Source: Candidatus Amesbacteria bacterium GW2011_GWB1_47_19 (GTDB taxonomy: Bacteria; Patescibacteriota; Microgenomatia; CAZETR01; Amesbacteraceae). Taken from it: a stretch of DNA of 64,000 bases. The DNA is taken from assembly GCA_001002325.1 (NCBI GenBank), contig LCNZ01000001.1, forward strand, positions 3,773 to 67,772. The letters are read 5' to 3'. Below, in pieces: positions 9,832-19,019 of this stretch; the stretch's first letter is position 1; each line of letters starts with the position of its first letter. Below the pieces are notes generated by a model, which worked only from the letters and a program-made list of their open reading frames with translations, was not told where the DNA came from and ran no database searches. A program made the translations under genes and the position numbers.

Positions 9832-10140
9832 ATGGCAAAGGGAAGACTAAGAGTCAGACTGAAGTCCTTTGATCACCGGGTGATTGATGAAGCCGCGGCG
9901 AAGATTTTGGATGCCGCGATAACTACAGGCGCGAAAGTAATCGGACCCATCCCCTTGCCTACTGACAGAAAAATCGTGGTGGTGACTACTTCACCACATG
10001 TGGATAAGAACGCCCGGGACCATTTTGAGATGCTGGTACACAAACGGCTGATAGACATCATAGATCCCACCGATAAAACAATTGACGGTCTGTCACACCT
10101 GGATCTGCCAGCGGGAGTGGATATTGAAGTGAAGATGTAG
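9832..10140 (+). CDS. rpsJ: 30S ribosomal protein S10
   Basis: RLKSFDHRVIDEAAAKI...TTSPHVDKNARDHFEMLVHKRLIDI matches S10. Confidence 0.9.
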   Translation: MAKGRLRVRLKSFDHRVIDEAAAKILDAAITTGAKVIGPIPLPTDRKIVVVTTSPHVDKNARDHFEMLVHKRLIDIIDPTDKTIDGLSHLDLPAGVDIEVKM

Positions 10141-10299
10141 ATTTCAAGAACGCTTACGATTGAACCAGATATCAACCTTATATAAAATATTATGGGTCAT
10201 TGTCTGGTTTGCTGCACACTTTCCGCGCTTTATTGTTGACAAGACTAAAGTTGAAGCGGAGATGTAAAATTCAAAAATTAGAAAGGACTGAACAGGAGC

Positions 10300-10680
10300 G
10301 TGATTAAGAAGGGAGAATTAAATGTAGTGGTGTGCCCCTGCGGCCAAGAAAAAAGTGGGTATTTGGCTAAAGTTTGGGAATGGCGAGGACACAAGGCTGA
10401 AACTTTCCCAGGGGGCATAAGGGGAATGGTTAAATTATCTTCGGATGAGATAAATGAGATTATACCTGTCCTGGCATTAGTAACCATTATTTATGATAAT
10501 GAAATTGCCGGTGTGTTAGGTAGAAGGGAATTTGAAAAGGCGAAGAGTTTACTTGAGACAACAGGGAGAAATTTTCAAGTAATTGACTTAAATCAACTCA
10601 AATCGGAGGTGGGAGATAGGCAATCCGAAAGAAGGAGAAAAGAAAGAGTTAATTTCCCCTGGTGGTTATACAGGGATTAA
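10300..10680 (+). CDS. Hypothetical protein (126 aa) inserted between rpsJ and rplC; GTG start
   Basis: This is an intact ORF, with AGGAG 1-2 nt before the GTG. I recognise no family; a CPCG motif is present. Confidence 0.3.
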   Translation: MIKKGELNVVVCPCGQEKSGYLAKVWEWRGHKAETFPGGIRGMVKLSSDEINEIIPVLALVTIIYDNEIAGVLGRREFEKAKSLLETTGRNFQVIDLNQLKSEVGDRQSERRRKERVNFPWWLYRD

Positions 10681-10692
10681 AGCTACAGTGAG

Positions 10693-10721
10693 TTGCGAAG
10701 CTGAGATTAATTTGATAAAAT
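10693..10721 (+). promoter_or_regulatory. Putative promoter TTGCGA-N17-TAAAAT (extended TGaTAAAAT) upstream of the L3 leader
   Basis: It sits about 110 nt upstream of rplC. Confidence 0.35.
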
Positions 10722-10793
10722 GACCACCAGTTGTGAGCAGAGAAATTTGCCAACACTATTGCTCAGACTAGATCGGTTGGCTGCATAAATTAA

Positions 10794-10816
10794 AGTGCCA
10801 TCCGGCACTTTTTTGT
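10794..10816 (+). terminator. Intrinsic terminator-like hairpin in the rplC leader (possible attenuator)
   Basis: aGTGCCatccGGCACt is followed by TTTTTTGTT and ends 14 nt before the rplC ATG. Confidence 0.5.
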
Positions 10817-10829
10817 TGGTTGGAAATCC

Positions 10830-11402
10830 ATGAATACATTGTTTGCCATTAAAACGCGAATGACCGGGAGATATACACCGGCGGGGGTGAGGACCGGAGC
10901 TACTATACTGCGGGTGATGCCGGCGGTGGCAGCCGATTTAAGAACAAAGGAAAAACATGGTTATGAAGCCACAAGATTTAAGATTCAAGATTTAAGATTC
11001 AAGAAGGAGATCGTCAGGGAAGTTAGAGGGGGAGAAACTCCACAGGCAGGGATGATTGTGAAAGTGGAAGAAATTCTGAAACCGGGGGATACGGTGAGAG
11101 TGACGGGGATTTCCAAAGGAAAAGGTTTTGCCGGGGGTGTAAAGAGGCACGGATTTCACGGCGGCCCGAGAACCCACGGACAGTCTGACAGAGAAAGAGC
11201 CCCGGGGGCCAGCGGTACCGGAACGACACCCGGGAGAGTCCTAAAGGGCAAACGCATGGCCGGACACATGGGAAATGTAAAGGTCAGCGTGAGCGGTCTG
11301 GAAGTACTCGAGGTGAATCCCGACAAAGATGAAGTGGTAGTAAGAGGATCTGTGCCGGGCGCAAACAAATTTACGTTACTGACTGTGACAAAGGAAGTAT
11401 GA
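10830..11402 (+). CDS. rplC: 50S ribosomal protein L3
   Basis: VTGISKGKGFAGGVKRHGFHGGPRTHGQSDRERAPGASGTGTTPGRVLKGKRMAGHMG is a conserved L3 block. Confidence 0.9.
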   Translation: MNTLFAIKTRMTGRYTPAGVRTGATILRVMPAVAADLRTKEKHGYEATRFKIQDLRFKKEIVREVRGGETPQAGMIVKVEEILKPGDTVRVTGISKGKGFAGGVKRHGFHGGPRTHGQSDRERAPGASGTGTTPGRVLKGKRMAGHMGNVKVSVSGLEVLEVNPDKDEVVVRGSVPGANKFTLLTVTKEV

Positions 11403-12031
11403 TTTCGGCCCCGGTATTTGATGTAACAGGAAAAGAGTCAGAAAAGGCTACACTGCCCGAGAAAGTATTCGGCCAAAAAAGCTCAGGTCAACTGATGACT
11501 CAGGCTATCAGAGTATATTTATCCAACCAGAGACGGGCCGGGGCAAAAACCAAGACCCGTGGGGAGGTAGCAAAGACTACGGCCAAAATGTATAAGCAGA
11601 AAGGAACCGGGAGGGCCCGCCACGGATCTTATGCTGCTGGGATTTTTGTAGGCGGGGGTCGAGCCCATGGTCCGACCGGCGAACAAAATTACCGCCTCCA
11701 ACTACCGGCCAAAATGCGTCATAAAGCGCTGTTGGGAGCATTAACGGAAAAAGCCGGCCAGAAAAATATCCGGATTCTGACGGGAGTTAAAAAAACCGGA
11801 GGTAAGACCAAGCAGGCCAGGGTGGCGGCGGAAAAAATGCAGATCCTAGGCAGCAAAGTACTCTTAGTAAGAAGCGAAGACCAACAATCACTAGCCAAGG
11901 CCTGGAGAAATATTGAGTGGGTAACAGTGGTAACTCCGGGGAATTTGAATGCCTACCGGATATTGGTCAACAAGCACGTGGTGATTACCACTGAAGCTTT
12001 GGAGGCGATTGTGAAGAAGTATGTTAATTAA
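11399..12031 (+). CDS. rplD: 50S ribosomal protein L4
   Basis: Both its position and GTGRARHGS...GGGRAHGP match L4. Confidence 0.9.
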   Translation: MISAPVFDVTGKESEKATLPEKVFGQKSSGQLMTQAIRVYLSNQRRAGAKTKTRGEVAKTTAKMYKQKGTGRARHGSYAAGIFVGGGRAHGPTGEQNYRLQLPAKMRHKALLGALTEKAGQKNIRILTGVKKTGGKTKQARVAAEKMQILGSKVLLVRSEDQQSLAKAWRNIEWVTVVTPGNLNAYRILVNKHVVITTEALEAIVKKYVN

Positions 12032-12320
12032 AAGACCTATTGTTACAGAAAAATCCGTGAAGCTGAACTCCGGCGAAGTAAGCAGATATACCTTCGAAAC
12101 GATTCCGTCCGCTAATAAAACCCAGATTAAAAAAAACGTAGAAAAAATGTTTGGGGTTAAAGTGGAGAAAGTGCAAACTTTAAACATGCCCGGTAAAAAG
12201 TACCGCAGTGGTAAAAAGTGGATTTTCAGACAAAAAAGTGACTGGAAAAAGGCGATCGTGACTCTGAAACCAGGGCAAAAAATCGAACAGCTGGAAGTGA
12301 CAGGAGGGGGTAAGGAGTAA
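12021..12320 (+). CDS. rplW: 50S ribosomal protein L23
   Basis: Its position and the pattern IVTEKSVKLN...YTFETIPSANKTQIKKNVEKMFGVKV fit L23. Confidence 0.9.
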   Translation: MLIKRPIVTEKSVKLNSGEVSRYTFETIPSANKTQIKKNVEKMFGVKVEKVQTLNMPGKKYRSGKKWIFRQKSDWKKAIVTLKPGQKIEQLEVTGGGKE

Positions 12321-12322
12321 AT

Positions 12323-13147
12323 ATGGGGTTGAAGATGTACAAACCGATTACACCCGGATTGCGGTCCTCTTCCAGTCTGGATAATTCCCATCTGACCCGG
12401 AAACGGCCTGAGAGAAGACTGCGATCGATACTGGCCAAAAGGTCCGGCCGGAATACTACCGGACATGTGACTGTCCGGCATCAGGGAGCAAGACAAAAAC
12501 GATACTACCGGGAAGTAGACTGGAAAAGAGAAGATAAAGACATTTTCGGTAAGGTGGAAGCAATAGAGTACGATCCCAACCGGTCAGCAAATCTGGCGCT
12601 GGTGAAGTACCCTGACGGGTATAAAAAATACATTGTGGCACCGGAGGGGTTGATTGTGGGACAGATGGTGGGGGCCGGGGAAACCGCGCCGCTGGTACCG
12701 GGTAACGTTCTGCCCCTGACCAATATCCCAGTGGGATCGGCTATACATAACCTGGAAATCGTTCCCGGCAAAGGCGGTCAGATGGTGCGAAGTGCGGGAA
12801 CTTCGGCAGTAATTATGGGTTTCGAAGAGGCTTACGCTCTGGTAAAATTGCCTTCGGGGGAAATTCGTAGATTCAAGAATGCCTGCCGGGCGACCCTGGG
12901 ACAAGTCGGGAATGCGGAGTGGAAAAACGTCAACTTTGGTAAAGCCGGCCGAAGACGAAGAATGGGTATCCGACCCACGGTCCGGGGAACTGCCCAGAAT
13001 CCACGATCCCATCCTCACGGCGGAGGAGAAGGCCGTTCCGGAGAAGGGATGCATCCCAAAACTCCCTGGGGTAAGTCCGCCAGGGGAAACAGAACCCGCT
13101 TAAAAATGAAATATTCACATAAGTTAATTGTTCAAAGGAGAAAATAA
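12323..13147 (+). CDS. rplB: 50S ribosomal protein L2
   Basis: The GRN..G..TVRHQGG-like block and a C-terminal HPHGGGEGR are present. Confidence 0.9.
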   Translation: MGLKMYKPITPGLRSSSSLDNSHLTRKRPERRLRSILAKRSGRNTTGHVTVRHQGARQKRYYREVDWKREDKDIFGKVEAIEYDPNRSANLALVKYPDGYKKYIVAPEGLIVGQMVGAGETAPLVPGNVLPLTNIPVGSAIHNLEIVPGKGGQMVRSAGTSAVIMGFEEAYALVKLPSGEIRRFKNACRATLGQVGNAEWKNVNFGKAGRRRRMGIRPTVRGTAQNPRSHPHGGGEGRSGEGMHPKTPWGKSARGNRTRLKMKYSHKLIVQRRK

Positions 13148-13150
13148 GTT

Positions 13151-13435
13151 ATGTCCAGAAGCAATAAAAAAGGTCCATATATTGATGCAAAACTGTTGTC
13201 CAAGGTGCAGAAGATGGCGGATGGCGGCAAAAAGTCTCCGATTAAAACCTGGGCCAGATCCAGCCAGATTCCCCCGCAATTTGTGGGATATACATTCCAG
13301 GTACACACCGGAAATAAATTTGCGGATGTATTTATAAGTGAATCAATGGTGGGACACAGACTGGGGGAATTTGCACCGACCAGAACCTTCCGCGGACACG
13401 GAGCGATTGTTAAAAGAACTATGGAGAAAACCTAA
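13151..13435 (+). CDS. rpsS: 30S ribosomal protein S19
   Basis: [10 protein letters not shown]...VHTGNKF...[18 protein letters not shown] matches S19. Confidence 0.9.
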   Translation: MSRSNKKGPYIDAKLLSKVQKMADGGKKSPIKTWARSSQIPPQFVGYTFQVHTGNKFADVFISESMVGHRLGEFAPTRTFRGHGAIVKRTMEKT

Positions 13436-13460
13436 TTAGTTATTCGTTTGTCGTTATTAG

Positions 13461-13877
13461 TTGTTAGCAGTAATGATTAAACAAAAAAATATTAAAAAGG
13501 CAAAAACAATACAAAAACCCGTTGAAAGGAAAATTGTAACCGCGGGGGCGAGTTTTGTGCACCAAAGTCCGAGGAAGCTGAGACTGGTCGCTGATGCCGT
13601 GCGGGAGCTGGACCCAGATAAAGCCATAGGACAATTGAAATTACTGCCTCACCGGTCGGCGGGTATACTGCTGAAGGTTTTTCAACAGGCGATGGGTAAT
13701 GCAAAAAACAGTCCCGGAGTATCTCCGGGGGGGCTGAAAATCAAAAGCCTGCAGATTGAGGAAGGGCCGCGGGGGCCGAAACGGGCAGATGTCCACGCTC
13801 ATGGAGCGAGATATGACCGGGGGGTCAGAAGAAAAAGAATGGCGCACATTAAGCTGGAGTTAATAAGTAAGGAGTAA
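13461..13877 (+). CDS. rplV: 50S ribosomal protein L22
   Basis: HQSPRKLRLVADAVR...LLKVFQQAMGNA matches L22. Confidence 0.9.
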   Translation: MLAVMIKQKNIKKAKTIQKPVERKIVTAGASFVHQSPRKLRLVADAVRELDPDKAIGQLKLLPHRSAGILLKVFQQAMGNAKNSPGVSPGGLKIKSLQIEEGPRGPKRADVHAHGARYDRGVRRKRMAHIKLELISKE

Positions 13878-13878
13878 G

Positions 13879-14538
13879 ATGGGGCAAAAAGTAAACCCGG
13901 TCGCTTACAGACTACCGCTATCCCCTACCGAGACCTGGAAGTCGCGGTGGTTTACCACCGATCCAAAGAGGTACAGGGCTTATTTAGCCGAGGATGTCAG
14001 ATTAAGAAAAGAGCTGATGACGAGACTGGCAGGGGCAGGTGTGACCAGAGTGGAAATTGAAAGATCCCTGCGCAGCATGCGGGTGGTGATTTTTGTGACG
14101 CGTCCGGGAGTAGTCATCGGCCGGGGCGGGTCCGGTATAGAAGAGCTGAAAAAGTTTATATATTCAGTACTGGGCTATAAGCTGGGTGATAAATCAGCTC
14201 CAAAAATTGACATGCCGATCGAGGAAGTGAAAGAGCCGGATCTGAATGCGTATCTGGTAGCCACCAAGATCGCGGAGCAGCTGGTGCGCAGACTGCCAGC
14301 CCGGAGGGTAGTAAATAAGACCATGGAAAGGACGATGCAATCCAGAGCCGCCGGGATAAAGGTGGTTCTCTCCGGAAGAATCGCGGGGGCGGAAATTGCC
14401 AGACGAGAAGTTTACCATCAGGGATCCGTACCATTGCAGACATTGAGAGCCAATGTGGATTACGCACAAGTGCCGGCTTTAACCCGATCCGGTTATATCG
14501 GAGTGAAGGTGTGGATACACAGGGGAGAAAAGAGCTGA
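13879..14538 (+). CDS. rpsC: 30S ribosomal protein S3
   Basis: [12 protein letters not shown], a KH domain and [12 protein letters not shown] are present. Confidence 0.9.
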   Translation: MGQKVNPVAYRLPLSPTETWKSRWFTTDPKRYRAYLAEDVRLRKELMTRLAGAGVTRVEIERSLRSMRVVIFVTRPGVVIGRGGSGIEELKKFIYSVLGYKLGDKSAPKIDMPIEEVKEPDLNAYLVATKIAEQLVRRLPARRVVNKTMERTMQSRAAGIKVVLSGRIAGAEIARREVYHQGSVPLQTLRANVDYAQVPALTRSGYIGVKVWIHRGEKS

Positions 14539-14539
14539 T

Positions 14540-14944
14540 ATGCTGCAGCCTAAAAAACAAAAATACCGCAAGCAATTCAGAGGGCAGATGCCGGGGATGT
14601 CCCACCGCGGGGCAGTGGTGGCTTTCGGAGAGTTCGGGCTGAAGGCGATAGGCAGAGGGTGGTTGTCCGCCAGGCAAATAGAGGCAGCCAGAAAAGCTAT
14701 TTCCCGACACGCCCATAGGGGAGGTAAAGTATGGATTCGGGTGTTTCCGGACAAACCGACTACCAAAAAAGCCCTGGGGACAAGAATGGGTTCAGGAAAA
14801 GGGGATATACACGAATATGTGGCTGTGATCAAACCCGGTAGAATTTTATTTGAAATTGCCGGTGTGGCTCCGGAAATTGCAGCGATTGCTTTCAGGCGAG
14901 CGTCAGCAAAACTACCTTTTAAGGTGAAATTGGTCGGGAGATAA
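14540..14944 (+). CDS. rplP: 50S ribosomal protein L16
   Basis: [15 protein letters not shown]...[13 protein letters not shown] matches L16. Confidence 0.9.
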   Translation: MLQPKKQKYRKQFRGQMPGMSHRGAVVAFGEFGLKAIGRGWLSARQIEAARKAISRHAHRGGKVWIRVFPDKPTTKKALGTRMGSGKGDIHEYVAVIKPGRILFEIAGVAPEIAAIAFRRASAKLPFKVKLVGR

Positions 14945-14947
14945 TTT

Positions 14948-15205
14948 ATGGCTACAAAAAAGATAACAAAATCTGAAAAAATAACAACTGATAAGAAAAT
15001 CCGACTGAAAACCATGACAATTGACGAGCTGAAAAATGCAGCTGTAAAAATCAGGGAGCAGATCGTCAAAGCCAGAATGGAGTCTGTCACCGGAAAGGCC
15101 AAAAATATGCGCCAGGTCTTTTGGCAGAGGAAACAACTGGCGCGGATTTTGACCGAGATATCCATCAGGTTATTTAAAGATGATAAAATCCGACAGAACT
15201 TATGA
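14948..15205 (+). CDS. rpmC: 50S ribosomal protein L29
   Basis: Its position and LKTMTIDELKNAAVKIREQIVKARMES fit L29. Confidence 0.85.
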   Translation: MATKKITKSEKITTDKKIRLKTMTIDELKNAAVKIREQIVKARMESVTGKAKNMRQVFWQRKQLARILTEISIRLFKDDKIRQNL

Positions 15206-15438
15206 AAACCATGACAGGCAAAGTCGTGTCCGATAAAATGCAGCATACCGTGGTAGTGGAGGTAGTCAGGTTTGCTACACATCCCAAGTATCACAAGCGG
15301 ATGCGAAAAACTAAAAAATACCATGCCCATACCGAATCCTTGGTAAAAACCGGGAGCAGGGTACGGTTGGTGGAAATTGCACCTGTAAGCCGGACTAAAC
15401 ACTGGAAAGTGGCCGAAGTTGTGGAGGAGGTCAAATAA
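15202..15438 (+). CDS. rpsQ: 30S ribosomal protein S17
   Basis: [16 protein letters not shown]...[17 protein letters not shown] matches S17. Confidence 0.9.
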   Translation: MKTMTGKVVSDKMQHTVVVEVVRFATHPKYHKRMRKTKKYHAHTESLVKTGSRVRLVEIAPVSRTKHWKVAEVVEEVK

Positions 15439-15439
15439 A

Positions 15440-15811
15440 ATGGTGCAACTGAGAAGCATACTTAGTCTCGCGGATAACTGCGGAGCTAAAAAACTGAGAG
15501 TCATCCAGGTGATGGGGGGGTGGAAGCGGACCTATGCTTATCTGGGGGATATAGTGACGGCTGTAGTGGACCAGGCTGAACCGACGGGGGTGGTAAAAGA
15601 TTCCGAGATTGTCAAGGCCGTGGTGGTGCGAACTAGAAAAGAAATGCAGCGAAAGGACGGAAGTTATATCAGGTTTGATGACAATGCGGCGGTGGTGATA
15701 GATCCGAAAACTCTGGAACCCAGAGGAACCCGAATTTTCGGACCGGTAGCCCGGGAAATAAAAGATGCCGGATTTAATAAAATCGCGTCACTGGCTCCTG
15801 AAGTACTATGA
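15440..15811 (+). CDS. rplN: 50S ribosomal protein L14 (start at ATG 15440, MVQLRS)
   Basis: [24 protein letters not shown]...GDIVTAVV matches L14. Confidence 0.9.
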   Translation: MVQLRSILSLADNCGAKKLRVIQVMGGWKRTYAYLGDIVTAVVDQAEPTGVVKDSEIVKAVVVRTRKEMQRKDGSYIRFDDNAAVVIDPKTLEPRGTRIFGPVAREIKDAGFNKIASLAPEVL

Positions 15812-16128
15812 TGACTGCAAGAATAAAACTCAGAAAAGGCGATACTGTGGTGGTTAGTGTGGGAAAAGACAGAGGTAAGCAAACCAAGATCGAGAGGATA
15901 TGGCCTAAAGACGGCAGGATACTGTTGCCCGGGATAAATCAATACAAGAAACACAGAAAACCGCAGGGGGAAGGGCGACCGGGAGAAATATTAACACTGA
16001 GCCGGCCTGTTCCTGTGGCTAATGTCGCCCTGATATGTCCCCGGTGCAAAGAGCCAACCCGGATCGGATTCAGAATGGACGGAGCAAAAAAACTCAGGGT
16101 TTGCCGAAAGTGCAGAGCGGATATATGA
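15808..16128 (+). CDS. rplX: 50S ribosomal protein L24 with a C-terminal CxxC...CxxC zinc-ribbon variant
   Basis: The KOW region is [16 protein letters not shown]. The C-terminus [31 protein letters not shown] aligns with the E. coli tail [26 protein letters not shown] but carries 4 Cys. Confidence 0.85.
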   Translation: MMTARIKLRKGDTVVVSVGKDRGKQTKIERIWPKDGRILLPGINQYKKHRKPQGEGRPGEILTLSRPVPVANVALICPRCKEPTRIGFRMDGAKKLRVCRKCRADI

Positions 16129-16667
16129 ATTACCAAGAAATCTACCAGGAAACAGCCGTAAAGACCCTGATGAAGGAATTCGGGATTAAAAACAAGCAGG
16201 CTGTCCCCAAACTCGAAAAAATCGTGATTAACGTCGGACTTAAAGAGGCCGCGTCCAACAAGGGTGTTCTGGATAAAGTGGCTGAACAAATCACTGTTAT
16301 TACCGGCCAAAAACCCAAGGTAACACGGGCTAAGAAATCCATCGCCAATTTCAAACTGCGGGAAGGAGATCCTATCGGGCTGATGGTGACTTTGCGGGGA
16401 AAAAGAATGGAAGATTTCTATTCGAAACTGGTAACCATAACTCTGCCGAGAGTCAGAGATTTTCATGGCGTAAAAGATGACGCCTTTGACAAAGGCGGAA
16501 ATTATACTCTGGGTATAACCGAACAAATTGTGTTTCCGGAAATTGATTATGCTAAGGTGGATAAAATCCGAGGACTGGAGATAAGCTTGGTAATGAATAC
16601 CAAAGATGCTAAAATCTCGCGGCGTTTATTAACGTTATTGGGCATGCCATTTGAGAAAAAATCTTAA
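16125..16667 (+). CDS. rplE: 50S ribosomal protein L5 (start at ATG 16125, overlapping the rplX stop)
   Basis: [20 protein letters not shown]...PKLEKIVINVGL matches L5. Confidence 0.9.
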   Translation: MNYQEIYQETAVKTLMKEFGIKNKQAVPKLEKIVINVGLKEAASNKGVLDKVAEQITVITGQKPKVTRAKKSIANFKLREGDPIGLMVTLRGKRMEDFYSKLVTITLPRVRDFHGVKDDAFDKGGNYTLGITEQIVFPEIDYAKVDKIRGLEISLVMNTKDAKISRRLLTLLGMPFEKKS

Positions 16668-16694
16668 TTTATTAATTATTTATTATTAAACAAG

Positions 16695-16883
16695 GTGGCA
16701 AAAACATCAAAAATCGTTAAACAAATTCCGGGGCGGCTTAAATTCCCGACCAGATACCGTAACCGGTGCCAGATGTGCGGCCGACCCAGGGCATATATCC
16801 GGGCTTTCGGTCTGTGCCGGCTGTGCTTCCGGGAACTGGCTAACCGTGCGGAATTGCCCGGAGTAAGGAAGGCATCATGGTAA
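16695..16883 (+). CDS. rpsZ: 30S ribosomal protein S14 type Z (zinc-binding, 61 aa)
   Basis: [28 protein letters not shown] has two CxxC pairs. Confidence 0.9.
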   Translation: MAKTSKIVKQIPGRLKFPTRYRNRCQMCGRPRAYIRAFGLCRLCFRELANRAELPGVRKASW

Positions 16884-17257
16884 ACGACCACCTGTCTGAT
16901 TTTGTAACCCGGATCAGGAACGGTTATCAGGCCGGGCTGGATAAGATAGAAGTGCCGATGATAAAAACTGTGGCCGAAACTGCCAGGGTTATAGCCGCTG
17001 AAGGATATACCGGGACTGTGGAAAAAAAGGAGAAGACCCTGGTGATACATCTGAAATATTCGGGGAAAAAGCCGGCGATTATGGGAATCAAACGCGTGAG
17101 CAAACCCGGGGCCAGGAGGTATTCCGGGATCAAAAAATTACCCCGGGTCTGGGGAGGCTTGGGGATAAATATCCTTTCCACGCCCAAAGGGATCATCAGC
17201 GAAAAACAAGCAAAAAAATTAAAAACCGGGGGCGAGATTATCGCCCAAGTTTGGTAG
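16877..17257 (+). CDS. rpsH: 30S ribosomal protein S8
   Basis: [13 protein letters not shown]...[28 protein letters not shown] matches S8. Confidence 0.9.
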   Translation: MVNDHLSDFVTRIRNGYQAGLDKIEVPMIKTVAETARVIAAEGYTGTVEKKEKTLVIHLKYSGKKPAIMGIKRVSKPGARRYSGIKKLPRVWGGLGINILSTPKGIISEKQAKKLKTGGEIIAQVW

Positions 17258-17266
17258 AAGCAAAAT

Positions 17267-17812
17267 ATGTCCAGAATCGGCAAACAATTAATAACCATTC
17301 CTCCAGGAGTTACGGTCGTATTGGAGGGGGGAAAGGCCAAAGCTGACGGGCCTAAAGGCAAACTGGAAATGACCATACCTCCGGGCGTTAAGATAAAATC
17401 CGAGGTGGGTATAATCACTGTGCTGGCAGATGAAAATATGTCGAACATGCACGGACTGGCCAGATCTCTGCTGTTTAACATGGTAAAAGGGGTGAGTGAG
17501 GGCTGGAGCAAGGTGGTGGAATTGTCCGGGACCGGGTACCGGGCAGCTGTTTGGGGATCGGATCTGCAACTGGCGTTGGGGTTTTCCCATCCGGTAGTAG
17601 TTAAAGCGCCCCAAGGCGTGAGTTTTGAGGTCAAGGATAATAAAATTTCCGTCAGGGGTATCAGTAAGGAGATGGTGGGAGAAATCGCCGCCAAAATCAG
17701 AAATCTGCGACCAGCGGATCCCTATAAAGCCAAGGGGTTTAAATATGAAGGTGAGATTATCGTCCGAAAAGCCGGGAAAGCCGCAAAAACCGGAGCTGCG
17801 GGAGGAAAATAA
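17267..17812 (+). CDS. rplF: 50S ribosomal protein L6
   Basis: [17 protein letters not shown] and a duplicated alpha/beta domain are present. Confidence 0.9.
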   Translation: MSRIGKQLITIPPGVTVVLEGGKAKADGPKGKLEMTIPPGVKIKSEVGIITVLADENMSNMHGLARSLLFNMVKGVSEGWSKVVELSGTGYRAAVWGSDLQLALGFSHPVVVKAPQGVSFEVKDNKISVRGISKEMVGEIAAKIRNLRPADPYKAKGFKYEGEIIVRKAGKAAKTGAAGGK

Positions 17813-18135
17813 TGATACAAATAAAAAGATATAACAATAACCGAATCAGGCGGGCTGTCAGGACACGGGCTTCTCTGAGGGAGAGTTCTGAACTACCGAG
17901 ATTGACGGTATTCAGATCCAATACCAGTATTTATGCCCAGGTAATTAACCAGACTGACGGAAAAACACTGGCCGGAATTTCCGGCAAGAAACCCGGAGAA
18001 GTGGGCGAAGAAATTGCCAAGAAAGCCCTTAAATTAGGTATTAAGAAAGTGGTTTTTGACCGGGGAGGTTACAGTTATCACGGCCGGGTTAAGATACTGG
18101 CTGAAGCAGCCAGAAAGGCCGGTTTGGAATTTTAA
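17812..18135 (+). CDS. rplR: 50S ribosomal protein L18
   Basis: [24 protein letters not shown]...[27 protein letters not shown] matches L18. Confidence 0.9.
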   Translation: MIQIKRYNNNRIRRAVRTRASLRESSELPRLTVFRSNTSIYAQVINQTDGKTLAGISGKKPGEVGEEIAKKALKLGIKKVVFDRGGYSYHGRVKILAEAARKAGLEF

Positions 18136-18139
18136 TAAT

Positions 18140-18601
18140 ATGTATAGGCATGAACCCAGAGAACCAAAGGAATTTGAAGAAAAAGTAGTTCAGATAAACC
18201 GGGTAAGCAAGAAGACTAAGGGCGGGAACAGGATCAGTTTTTCCGCCTTGGTGGTAGTGGGAGATAGAAAGGGCCGGGTGGGAGTGGGATTGGGAAAAGC
18301 CAAGGATGTGTCCTCGGCCATGAAAAAGGGTATCAGTTATGCCCAGAAGCATTTGATAAATGTACCCATGAAGAAAACTTCCATACCCCATGAAATGAGG
18401 ATCAAGCTCGGGGCAGCCAGAATTATTTTGAAACCTGCGCCGGCCGGCAGCGGAGTAATTGCGGGCGGACCGGTGAGAGCCGTCGTCGAGGCGGCGGGTA
18501 TCAGAGATATTGTAGGTAAAATTCTGGGAACATCCAATCGGGCTAGTAACGTTTATGCTACTTTCGAGGCATTACGCCGATTGAAAAATGGATCTGTCTA
18601 A
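18140..18601 (+). CDS. rpsE: 30S ribosomal protein S5 (start at ATG 18140)
   Basis: [49 protein letters not shown] matches S5. Confidence 0.9.
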   Translation: MYRHEPREPKEFEEKVVQINRVSKKTKGGNRISFSALVVVGDRKGRVGVGLGKAKDVSSAMKKGISYAQKHLINVPMKKTSIPHEMRIKLGAARIILKPAPAGSGVIAGGPVRAVVEAAGIRDIVGKILGTSNRASNVYATFEALRRLKNGSV

Positions 18602-19016
18602 ATTACCAAAAATAACTAAAAAATCCGCAAAGCGGGTAGGCCGGGGAATCGGTTCCGGCAAGGGGGGGCATACCAGCGGCCGCGGGCAGAAAGGCCAGAA
18701 GAGCCGGGAAAAAGTGGCTGTAGGGTTTGAAGGGACAAAAACTAAAAAGTCCTTATTAAAAAGGCTGCCGCTACTTAGGGGTAGAGGGAAATTTAAACCG
18801 TTAACAGCAAAACTTCCGGTAATAAACCTTGAGGATCTTGCGGAATGGCCGGAAAAAACTCCGGTGAATTCTGCCAATCTGACGAAGGCCGGAATTAAAG
18901 CCGGCAAAATATTGGGGCAAGGTGAGGTAAAGAAAGCGTTGATTATAGAGATGCCCATCTCCGCCCCGGCGGCAAAAAAAGTCATCAAGGCGGGTGGTAA
19001 GATTGGCAAAGATTAG
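18588..19016 (+). CDS. rplO: 50S ribosomal protein L15 (follows S5 directly, with no L30 gene)
   Basis: [27 protein letters not shown] matches L15. It overlaps the S5 stop, leaving no room for rpmD. Confidence 0.9.
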   Translation: MDLSKLPKITKKSAKRVGRGIGSGKGGHTSGRGQKGQKSREKVAVGFEGTKTKKSLLKRLPLLRGRGKFKPLTAKLPVINLEDLAEWPEKTPVNSANLTKAGIKAGKILGQGEVKKALIIEMPISAPAAKKVIKAGGKIGKD

Positions 19017-19019
19017 AAT

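Noticed and set aside
14479-15504. A 341-aa ORF on the minus strand across rplP-rpmC-rpsQ-rplN, plus many other long antisense or overlapping ORFs (e.g. 296..730, 3452..4012, 4599..5144, 5440..5862, 9286..9825, 11891..12496, 12584..13054, 15939..16526, 16927..17694, 27282..27827, 42599..43006).
   Set aside because: They lie antisense to, or out of frame with, strongly supported conserved genes. They have no recognisable motifs and a composition typical of shadow ORFs.
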